This document shows, piece by piece, positions 56,510 to 64,000 of a DNA stretch of 64,000 nucleotides. The notes under the pieces were generated by a model. It was not told the DNA's origin. It saw nothing but the letters and a program-made list of their open reading frames with translations, and ran no database searches. The stretch is taken from the IMG/VR virus record IMGVR_UViG_3300047375_000738; one strand, given 5' to 3'. Source of the stretch: a virus (Duplodnaviria > Caudoviricetes). A program made the position numbers and the translations under genes. Every line of letters begins with the position of its first letter. The stretch's first letter is position 1.

Positions 56510-57078
56510 ACTTTATTGAACTCAGCAACCTTCCTGTATACGATTTGTATACAGAATTTTTAAGACTTCTTGATGAAAAAAAAATATGGTGGCATCATGA
56601 TGTAAACGATCAGATTTGTTTAAACGCAACCAAAGCTGATCCGTCAAACTGTTTAACAGGCAGAGGAAGTTTGTTTTTAGATTGGGATAGCTGTTACACA
56701 AACGAACACGGCAAACTAATAGTACCTCCTAGAAAAGTTCCTTTAAAGGAAGATAGCTTTGAGGTACTTTGTACAGGGTTTAAAGATTCATTATTTGAAG
56801 ATGTGTATAATAGTGTAACTAAAAAATATAAAGTAGGCAGAATTCGCATAATGAATTCTAGGCCTAAAACTTGTTTAACTTGGCACAATGATGATACTCC
56901 TAGATTACATTATCCAATAAAAACACAAGACGGGTGTTTTATGGTTATTGAAAACAAAAGTAAGCATCTAAAACAAAATCAGTGGTACTGGACAAACACA
57001 GTTGTTCCTCATACTGCATTTAACGGTAGTACAGATGAAAGACTTCATTTGGTAGTTACAATATTGGGTGATAAATGA
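56506..57078 (+). CDS. AspH-like 2OG-Fe(II) oxygenase
   Basis: GTGA-coupled start 56506. RIRIMNSRPKTCLTWHND..RLHYPI..HTAFNGSTDERLHL. Confidence 0.8.
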   Translation: MNFIELSNLPVYDLYTEFLRLLDEKKIWWHHDVNDQICLNATKADPSNCLTGRGSLFLDWDSCYTNEHGKLIVPPRKVPLKEDSFEVLCTGFKDSLFEDVYNSVTKKYKVGRIRIMNSRPKTCLTWHNDDTPRLHYPIKTQDGCFMVIENKSKHLKQNQWYWTNTVVPHTAFNGSTDERLHLVVTILGDK

Positions 57079-57569
57079 AATACGCAATAACAGGACATAC
57101 ATCTGGTATAGGAAAAGCTATATCTGAATCAGTCACAAACTTTATTGGATTTAGTAAAAGCACAGGATATAATATCAATGAACACATTGATAGAAAACAT
57201 ATTATTAAACAATGCAATGATGTTGATATTTTTATAAACAATGCACATGATGGGTTTGGGCAAACTTATATGTTGTTAGATCTGTTCCATGCGTTTAAAG
57301 ATACTAATAAAACAATAATCAATGTTGGTAGTGTAATAGCAGAAGACGAAACAATATTAAAAAACTATGAACATTTGTTAGAATATCAAATACAGAAAAA
57401 ATCATTGCGTGTTTTACACAACGATTTGATTAAGTTAGATACAACTTTGAATTTAAAATATACTCAGTTTGGGTATGTAGGAACTGAACGCATATTACAA
57501 AAGTATCCCAACATGGCTACTACAGAATATATTACAGTAGACAACGCAGTTGACATAATACTGTCATAA
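57075..57569 (+). CDS. Compact short-chain dehydrogenase/reductase
   Basis: ITGHTSGIG, FINNA, NVGS, YQIQK (YxxxK). 164 aa. Confidence 0.75.
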   Translation: MKYAITGHTSGIGKAISESVTNFIGFSKSTGYNINEHIDRKHIIKQCNDVDIFINNAHDGFGQTYMLLDLFHAFKDTNKTIINVGSVIAEDETILKNYEHLLEYQIQKKSLRVLHNDLIKLDTTLNLKYTQFGYVGTERILQKYPNMATTEYITVDNAVDIILS

Positions 57570-57572
57570 ATA
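57565..57572 (+). promoter_or_regulatory. CATAAATA late-type box
   Basis: Followed by GAGGAG and ATG 57592. Confidence 0.45.
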
Positions 57573-57591
57573 CATTGAGGAGAATTTATTG

Positions 57592-58242
57592 ATGAACCAT
57601 ACAGAAGTAAAAAAAGCAATTATTAGAAGTCAGCATTGTCAACGCAACTGGGATTTACAAAAACAGATTCCGCAGGATGACATTGATTTAATAGTCCATA
57701 GTGTAACAAACTGTCCTAGCAAACAGAATATTTCCTTTTATAAAGTTCATGTAATTACCAATAGACAAGTTATTGAAAATATTCATGACACTACTTCAGG
57801 TTTTTTAAATTACGAAACAGGAAAGAATGAAACCAACAGTCAAGTACTAGCAAACTTAGTATTAGCATTTGAAGTTGAAGATTATATGAGTAGACATACT
57901 ACTGATACAGTACATCGAAATGACGAAATGTGGGCACATGATGATGGTAAACTAACGGCTGCTCAAAAGGAAAATTTAGAAAAAGATGCACACATGGCAA
58001 TTGGTATTGCAGCAGGATATGCAAATCTTATTTCTAGTATGCTACACTACGGAACAGGGTGTTGTGCATGTTTTGACGCAACAGAAGTTGCAACTATAGT
58101 TGGTGCTAAAAATCCAATCAAACTGTTAATGGGGATTGGCTTCAAAAATAAATCAAGACCACGCAGAGAGCATCATAGCAAACCTGAATTTGTTTTTCCA
58201 ACCAAATCTAAGCAAGAGATACAAGTAAATCATATAAAATAA
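57592..58242 (+). CDS. Nitroreductase-family flavoprotein, paralog of 52475..53110
   Basis: KKAIIRSQHCQRNWDL, CPSKQN, MAIGIAAGY, MGIG. Confidence 0.75.
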   Translation: MNHTEVKKAIIRSQHCQRNWDLQKQIPQDDIDLIVHSVTNCPSKQNISFYKVHVITNRQVIENIHDTTSGFLNYETGKNETNSQVLANLVLAFEVEDYMSRHTTDTVHRNDEMWAHDDGKLTAAQKENLEKDAHMAIGIAAGYANLISSMLHYGTGCCACFDATEVATIVGAKNPIKLLMGIGFKNKSRPRREHHSKPEFVFPTKSKQEIQVNHIK

Positions 58243-58245
58243 TAT

Positions 58246-58908
58246 ATGACAGTTAAAATGTATAAATCTGTGTTGTCTGCCCACGTAGTAGATAACCTTC
58301 TCGATTTCTTTAATAATAATACACATCTACACTATGACACAATGGGAATGACTAAAATTGGACAGCCCTGGAGTCATATACAACACATACTTGAACCTAT
58401 TTTAAAAAAATATATACCTGTTGACAAAAACTTAGGTGATAATTTTTATAAGCACGACTTTCCTTACTTTACACATATAGATAGCGGAAACAATAAAAAT
58501 AGTTACAATATTTTAATCCCACTTTATGTAAGTGATAATGCAGAACAAAAGTTTGTTGTGTTTGATCAGCATTGTACTGATTACAGTGGTGCAACATGGT
58601 TAGGTGATATATGGAAACCTGAACAAGATTTTAACCTTAATAAAAAACGTGACTTTCCATACAAAGACCCAACAGTAATTGGCTGTACCGATCAGCCTAT
58701 TTCTGACGATATGTATGAAATATTAAAATATGATTATCGCAATGAAGAACAGTTTTACGGTTTAACTGGTACTGCATATGATTATAAGCCAGGCAACATA
58801 CTTGTATTTCCTAGCAATCAGTTACACTGCACAGGTCGTATGGATTGTGATTATAAAATAGGGCTAAGTTTGCGGTTTGAAATACTTGACAAAACTGTAT
58901 TTCTGTAA
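58246..58908 (+). CDS. 2OG-Fe(II) oxygenase-like protein (second subfamily)
   Basis: FTHID, ILIPL, VFDQ, PGNILVFPSNQLHCT. Confidence 0.65.
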   Translation: MTVKMYKSVLSAHVVDNLLDFFNNNTHLHYDTMGMTKIGQPWSHIQHILEPILKKYIPVDKNLGDNFYKHDFPYFTHIDSGNNKNSYNILIPLYVSDNAEQKFVVFDQHCTDYSGATWLGDIWKPEQDFNLNKKRDFPYKDPTVIGCTDQPISDDMYEILKYDYRNEEQFYGLTGTAYDYKPGNILVFPSNQLHCTGRMDCDYKIGLSLRFEILDKTVFL

Positions 58909-58914
58909 TATAAT
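58886..58914 (+). promoter_or_regulatory. Consensus sigma70 promoter, leaderless
   Basis: TTGACA, 17 nt, TATAAT, then 6 nt to ATG 58921. Confidence 0.8.
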
Positions 58915-58920
58915 AAAGAT

Positions 58921-59901
58921 ATGAAACCACAAGATAAACAATCAATTCTTTTGAGTTTGGCTCAGTTTATTGAAGATAATCAAGAATATATTCTACAACT
59001 AGAACCTACTGCTCTTATTAATATCAGTGTTGATATTTGTAGATATTATGCTGGTGCAGCTCGAAACCTAATAGCCGTGCCTGAATATGAATACTTTAAG
59101 ACATGCACTAGTAGTATGAGATGGGAATCAAAAGGACACTGTTTAGGTGTTGTTCCTTGGAACTATCCATTGGTTATAGCATTATGGAAAATAGCGCCGG
59201 CACTAGCAGCTGGATGCACTATTGATATTAAACTAAATGATGGTAATGTAGGTGCCTTGCCTTGGATATTAGATAACTGGAAAAACAAATACAATAGTGT
59301 AAAAATAGTCAACAATATAAATTTACAAGAGTATGACTTTGTTGATATAACAGGCAGCAAGAAAACAGCAGATTATTTTAAATCAAACCACCATGATGTA
59401 AACGCAGATGTAGGCGGAGCAAGTATAGCAGTTGTTAACGATGGTAATTCGGCATTTATATTAGAAAATCTTGAATGGAGTGTTAAGTACAATCTTGGAG
59501 CAGATTGCACAGCACCTAAACATATTTTTGTTGTTGAAAAACTACTTGATACTGTAACAAAAATTGACGGTGTTACCTTAGGAGAGTGCAATGATATTGA
59601 TCACTTTTCTCCTACAGCAACAGTAAGCACATATACAAATATCAAAGATCTTGTAAAACAAATAAACCAACTTCCTAATAGATTAGGATTGCATTTATAC
59701 ACCAAAGATTTAGCAACCAAACGTTATGTAGTTGAACATGCACGTTGGGGAACTATCTTTGTAAACAAACCATTAACTGTGCCAGTTGAAATGCCACACA
59801 GTGGAATGGCTTCTAGCGGCAATACATTCAATCAAAGTTTTTTTAAAATATATCAATATCTTGTACCCAAACATATTGTTGTAGGAGATCAGATTGATTG
59901 A
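58921..59901 (+). CDS. Compact aldehyde dehydrogenase (aminobutyraldehyde dehydrogenase-like motifs)
   Basis: PWNYPL..WKIAPALAAGC, ITGS, DVGG, GADCTA (catalytic Cys), EMPHSG..SSG. 326 aa. Confidence 0.8.
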   Translation: MKPQDKQSILLSLAQFIEDNQEYILQLEPTALINISVDICRYYAGAARNLIAVPEYEYFKTCTSSMRWESKGHCLGVVPWNYPLVIALWKIAPALAAGCTIDIKLNDGNVGALPWILDNWKNKYNSVKIVNNINLQEYDFVDITGSKKTADYFKSNHHDVNADVGGASIAVVNDGNSAFILENLEWSVKYNLGADCTAPKHIFVVEKLLDTVTKIDGVTLGECNDIDHFSPTATVSTYTNIKDLVKQINQLPNRLGLHLYTKDLATKRYVVEHARWGTIFVNKPLTVPVEMPHSGMASSGNTFNQSFFKIYQYLVPKHIVVGDQID

Positions 59902-60337
59902 ATACATTACATTTTTAGACATACAAGAAATTTGGAAAAAACATCTCTGGCCTAACAGAAAAGAAATATTGCCAATGAGTAATATGAGATATGAGGATAT
60001 ACCTTATACTAGTATAAGTAAAAAATATACTCCGACTTTTTTTGCTTATATTGTCGATGGCGAAATAGCAGGAGTTAATAGCGGACATTGCAGTAGTAGA
60101 TTTCACTATAGGAGTAGAGGGTTGTTTGTATTTCCTCAATATAGAAAAAAAGGAATTGGCACAAAGTTGTTGAAACATGCTTGTTATCTTGGACGCAACG
60201 CAGAAATGGTTTACTGTTGGAGCCTGCCAAGGAAAGTTGCATTAGAAACTTATTTAAATGCTGGTTTTGAACAAACAAGCAAGTTTTTTGAAACTGAAAC
60301 TAGCGAACAGAACTGTTATGTGATTAAACCAACATGA
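59894..60337 (+). CDS. GNAT acetyltransferase
   Basis: RGLFVFPQYRKKGIGTKLL acetyl-CoA motif A, YLNAGF. TTG start with AGGAG. Confidence 0.85.
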   Translation: MIEYITFLDIQEIWKKHLWPNRKEILPMSNMRYEDIPYTSISKKYTPTFFAYIVDGEIAGVNSGHCSSRFHYRSRGLFVFPQYRKKGIGTKLLKHACYLGRNAEMVYCWSLPRKVALETYLNAGFEQTSKFFETETSEQNCYVIKPT

Positions 60338-61857
60338 TTTATGATGTAGTGCTATTTACAGAATGCAATGGTAGTATAGGTTGGGGCAGAGATGCAGGCG
60401 CCTACACAGTTGCCAGCAGACTACGTGAAACAGGACACAACGTTAAAGTTATAGATTTCTTTAGTCATTTTACTGAAGAACGGTTTAAACGTGCTATAGA
60501 TTTATATGTAAGCAAACAAACAAAGTTTCTAGGATTTAGTAGTACACATTTTAGTACACTAATGCCAGAAGACTGGGAAACACATTGGAGTGCAGATAGT
60601 AGAACACGCAAAAGTAATATGTGGAATGTATACTTTCCTTTTTCACCAGAAGAAGTTTCTAAATGGTTTGATAATGCAAAAGCCAAATATCCTAATATAA
60701 AGATAGTTGTAGGTGGCCAGAAGGTTGCACAAAAAAGAGCATTGCAAAAAAAGTATCCTATGGTAGACTTATGGGTAGGAGGTATGGCCGATAAAAGTGT
60801 GTTAGGATTAATGGAACAGTTTCCTGACACCAACTTTGTTAAGTCAGAACTTGATTATGGTAGCATGACAGAGCAAGAGTTTAGGTATAGTAAAATACAT
60901 TGGACTGACGATGACTATATATTTCCACATGAAGCACTACCATTAGAAATCAGTAGAGGTTGTCCCTTTAACTGTGCCTTTTGTGACTACCCTAAAAAAG
61001 CAGTAAACAGTTGGACCTTGGACGAAACACATTTGCGAGATGTACTAATAGAAAACTACGAACGTTTTGGTACACAGCACTACATGATTACCGATTATCA
61101 GCTCAACGAAAACATGCGAAAGATGAGTCTAATACACAATGTATTTACTAACCTACCTTTTGATATTACATGGAGTGGTTTTGGCAGACTTGATTTGTTA
61201 TACCAAAAGCCTGAAATGATTAGTATGATACAAGAAAGTGGCTGCCGCAGTATACAATGGGGAATAGAAACAGTTACAGATCAGGTAGGGCCTCTTATAG
61301 GCAAAGTAACCAAACGTTATATTATCGAAAGTGCATTAGAACAATGTAAAAGTGCATGGGGAGATAGTATAGTACAAGGCAGCGGATTCATACTAGGATT
61401 ACCAGGAGAAACAAAGTCTAGTTGTATTGAACTAGTAGATTGGATTAGTACACAGCCATGGCTTGATGCTTGGGAGATAACTCCTCTATATATTGGCGGA
61501 TATGATCCTAACAAAGAATATACTATTGATTATAGTAGAATACAACGCAATCCTGAAAAATACGGATACACAGTTACACTTGAAAAGAATGCAAACGGCA
61601 TATATGTTGAAGACTGGAAAAACGGTGACATGACAAAGTCAGACATGATAAATATTATCGAGCAAGCACAAAAAGGTACTGCTTGGCAAAAACGTATTAT
61701 GACATCATATTTAGGATACAGTCGTGCTAGTAATTTAAGATTTACACACAGTGAGATTATTAGTGCAGATAAAAATAATACCACATGGATTAGACAACAC
61801 GCTAATAATTATAATCAACTAGCAAATGAATATTTAAGGAAAAATAACTTATTATGA
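60334..61857 (+). CDS. B12-binding-domain radical SAM protein
   Basis: GAYTVASRLR..VKVIDF..GFSST..GG, EISRGCPFNCAFC, GIET, ILGLPGE. Confidence 0.8.
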   Translation: MIYDVVLFTECNGSIGWGRDAGAYTVASRLRETGHNVKVIDFFSHFTEERFKRAIDLYVSKQTKFLGFSSTHFSTLMPEDWETHWSADSRTRKSNMWNVYFPFSPEEVSKWFDNAKAKYPNIKIVVGGQKVAQKRALQKKYPMVDLWVGGMADKSVLGLMEQFPDTNFVKSELDYGSMTEQEFRYSKIHWTDDDYIFPHEALPLEISRGCPFNCAFCDYPKKAVNSWTLDETHLRDVLIENYERFGTQHYMITDYQLNENMRKMSLIHNVFTNLPFDITWSGFGRLDLLYQKPEMISMIQESGCRSIQWGIETVTDQVGPLIGKVTKRYIIESALEQCKSAWGDSIVQGSGFILGLPGETKSSCIELVDWISTQPWLDAWEITPLYIGGYDPNKEYTIDYSRIQRNPEKYGYTVTLEKNANGIYVEDWKNGDMTKSDMINIIEQAQKGTAWQKRIMTSYLGYSRASNLRFTHSEIISADKNNTTWIRQHANNYNQLANEYLRKNNLL

Positions 61858-63611
61858 GTAGAGTAATTATATTAAATGATATTTATGATGTTAGAGGCAC
61901 CGGAGGTGTGAAGTTTCGCCAACATTTTTGCACCGACGAAGAACGTGAAGATATGGTTGAAAAGCATGTGTTTGATAAGAGTGTTGAAAAAGAATTAAAC
62001 AACACTGCACCTGCTAATGGAAACTATACCAGTGGACGATATGAAGGAAATAGCAAGTACAACTTTTGGTCTCGTTATATGGGTCCATACTGTGTAGCAA
62101 ATAGCATTCGAGAAAATTGTCCTCAAATGGATGTTGTTGTTTTAGATTATTTTACAAAACTAGATAACTTTTTTGAAGTATTTGAACAACTAGTAACACC
62201 TGATACTGAATACGTTGCACTTAGTGTAACATTTTTAAATAATCCATTTAATCCAAAACAAAAAGATTTTAACCTATGGCACTTTAGTCAAGAAGAATGT
62301 TTAGATTGGTTCCAACGTGTAAAAGAAATTGCTCCTAAAGCACAGATTATAATAGGTGGCGCTATTGTAGATACTATCTATAAACAACAAATAGTACAGA
62401 AAAAAAAGATGCCTATGGCGCCTGTAATATTAAAGTATGTTGATTATATGTTTCATGGTTATAGTGAAAATACCATTGTTGATTTTTTTAATAATAATCT
62501 AGATCCAAGTCAAGTAATTGAAAAAGACAGTGTAATTTTTATCAATGAACCTGCACTTGCTGGCAGAGGCGCTGTAGTAAATCAAACCAAATGGTCAGTA
62601 AAAGATTGTGTACAACCGGGAGAATGGTTGCCGTTAGAAATATCAAAAGGCTGTAGATTTGGTTGTAAGTTTTGTTTTTATGATACACATGGTACAGTTA
62701 TTAAAAGTCCCGAATGTTTGAAACAAGAACTACTGTATAACTATGAGCACTTTGGAACTACAGGTTACCAACTTACTGACGATACAGTAAATGATAGTTT
62801 AGAAAAAATTGAAATGATGCATAGTGTAATTACTAGTTTACCATTTAAGATTGAATGGATAAGTTATGCTAGACCTGATATGTTTCATAAGTATCCCCAA
62901 ATGCTACCATTGATGTTAGAAATGGGATGTAGAGGAATGTTTTTAGGTATTGAAACTTTGAATCATACAGCAGGTAAAATATGTGGAAAAGGATTAGATC
63001 CACAAAAAATTAAAGGCATAATAAAATGGATAAGAGAAACAGCAGGTGAGGAAGTATTTTTAACAGGCAGTTTCATTATTGGTCTTGTAGGTGAAACTGA
63101 AGAAAGCCTTATGGACACAGCAAGTTGGCTGAAAGAACAACAATATTTAAATAAAGCACAATATGAAATATTGTTTATAGCAGATGACGGTGGCCGAACA
63201 AGTAATCAGTTTAGTGAATCACAAGGCAAATATGGTATACATGAATTAAGATGGAACCCTGAATATTATTGGAAACATGCTACAATGGATTTAATAAGAG
63301 CAAAAGAAATAGCATTACAATGGGAAGATATGTTATCGGATCATTCATATACTGGGTTTGAACGTCATGCAGATTACAATACTAGTTTTTGGGCGTATCC
63401 TAGATTGCGTAGTTTTGGCCTCAACCATAATACAGCAACTAAGGTTTTAAGTTCTACACAGATTCCTGATATAGTTTATGACAAAAATCTTGAATGGATT
63501 TCAAAATATCATTCAGATATTATTAACACAAATCAACTTAGTGTTGAAGCTAAGTTGGTAGACTTATCACCTAATAATATGCGAGCATCATTTGGTCATA
63601 CCGGAGCATAA
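61854..63611 (+). CDS. B12-binding-domain radical SAM protein
   Basis: GPYCVANSIR..ALSVTF..IIGG, EISKGCRFGCKFC, DDT, GIET, IIGLVGE. Confidence 0.8.
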   Translation: MSRVIILNDIYDVRGTGGVKFRQHFCTDEEREDMVEKHVFDKSVEKELNNTAPANGNYTSGRYEGNSKYNFWSRYMGPYCVANSIRENCPQMDVVVLDYFTKLDNFFEVFEQLVTPDTEYVALSVTFLNNPFNPKQKDFNLWHFSQEECLDWFQRVKEIAPKAQIIIGGAIVDTIYKQQIVQKKKMPMAPVILKYVDYMFHGYSENTIVDFFNNNLDPSQVIEKDSVIFINEPALAGRGAVVNQTKWSVKDCVQPGEWLPLEISKGCRFGCKFCFYDTHGTVIKSPECLKQELLYNYEHFGTTGYQLTDDTVNDSLEKIEMMHSVITSLPFKIEWISYARPDMFHKYPQMLPLMLEMGCRGMFLGIETLNHTAGKICGKGLDPQKIKGIIKWIRETAGEEVFLTGSFIIGLVGETEESLMDTASWLKEQQYLNKAQYEILFIADDGGRTSNQFSESQGKYGIHELRWNPEYYWKHATMDLIRAKEIALQWEDMLSDHSYTGFERHADYNTSFWAYPRLRSFGLNHNTATKVLSSTQIPDIVYDKNLEWISKYHSDIINTNQLSVEAKLVDLSPNNMRASFGHTGA

Positions 63612-63614
63612 AAT

Positions 63615-64000
63615 ATGGCAGACGCAAAGTTTATAGAACCTTTATTTGATACTCAATATTTCAAACAGTTATTCTTTTCAAAAATCAATCAGCATGTACA
63701 AACTGAATTAAGCTCAGTGATAAATGACTGGATTATGATTAATCTTTACAACCCAACACAAGAGTATCACGAAACACAAACTGGAAGTGAATTTGTTTGG
63801 ACGAACGATTATCACTGTATGGATAAGCAAGTATTCACATCAGTTTTGCATATGGCACAAGATGGAACAATACTCTTTGAAGACGGATACAAAAATATTC
63901 CTGTACATATTTTTGATCATGACAGCATAGCAGATAACTCTTATTATTATGATCAGTGTAAAAACAAAAAATTCAAATATCTTTGGTATAGTATTCACAA
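63615..64000 (+). CDS. Hypothetical protein, 3'-truncated by the window end
   Basis: ATG 63615 (MADAKFIEPLFDTQ...), frame open to base 64000. Not in the ORF track. Confidence 0.65.
   Translation, partial: MADAKFIEPLFDTQYFKQLFFSKINQHVQTELSSVINDWIMINLYNPTQEYHETQTGSEFVWTNDYHCMDKQVFTSVLHMAQDGTILFEDGYKNIPVHIFDHDSIADNSYYYDQCKNKKFKYLWYSIH

Noticed and set aside
57550-57578. TTGACA at 57550 and small palindrome TGACA-N6-TGTCA
   Set aside because: There is no -10 hexamer at 16-18 nt spacing, and the 5-bp arms are within chance expectation.
306-61784. Dozens of 60-150 aa ORFs in the track that lie antisense or out-of-frame within long genes (e.g. 720..1154-, 5782..6099-, 15867..16214+, 41314..41688-, 42421..42879-, 53767..54102-)
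   Set aside because: They are fully nested in motif-bearing CDSs, with no SD or promoter and shadow-like composition. None is needed to fill a gap.
6640-63611. Classical RiPP cluster interpretation
   Set aside because: No convincing precursor array, RRE/PqqD, peptidase or ABC exporter in the window. Kept only as a weak hypothesis for 43185..43415.
1-64000. Stop-codon reassignment, inteins, introns or programmed frameshifts
   Set aside because: Standard-code ORFs tile the window with coupled junctions. No split motifs, homing endonuclease signatures or intein termini were seen.
1-64000. Bacterial O-antigen/capsule locus or giant eukaryotic virus origin
   Set aside because: No flippase, polymerase, chain-length or membrane proteins are evident. 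SD sites, sigma70 promoters and coupled operons indicate prokaryotic expression, and T4-type late boxes with fibre genes favour a tailed phage. This is not formally proven without flanks.

Overview
AT-rich, very densely packed 64-kb segment, most likely from a large (jumbo-type) tailed dsDNA phage. The evidence is virion-fibre genes, T4-like late promoter boxes (TATAAATA), coupled start/stop overlaps and no cellular housekeeping genes. No terminase or capsid gene is in the window, so the assignment is an inference. I support 67 CDS. The first ~3 kb are structural: a 5'-truncated fibre/appendage with a peptidase-G2-like chaperone tail, then two paralogous virion proteins. The remaining ~61 kb is an almost uninterrupted array of about 59 modifying enzymes. 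It contains 20 radical SAM proteins (9 N-terminal-twitch, 8 with C-terminal SPASM/twitch-like Cys clusters, 3 B12-binding class-B-like) and 8 2OG-Fe(II)/cupin oxygenase-like proteins. It also has 5 SGNH-like proteins, 8 glycosyltransferase-like proteins, 2 methyltransferase-like proteins, 2 nitroreductases, 2 GNAT-like and 2 kinase-like proteins. Single genes encode an amidinotransferase, a DegT aminotransferase, an NDP-sugar epimerase/dehydratase, a QueC-like PP-loop enzyme, a Trp-halogenase-family flavoprotein, an adenylating enzyme, an SDR and an ALDH. One repetitive fibre gene sits inside the array and is translationally coupled to four tailoring enzymes. Two promoter classes are visible (sigma70 consensus and TA(T)AAATA), often 4-6 nt before the start codon, implying leaderless mRNAs. 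No tRNA, rRNA, CRISPR array, integrase or transposase was seen. All family calls rest on motifs read by eye; no database search was run.
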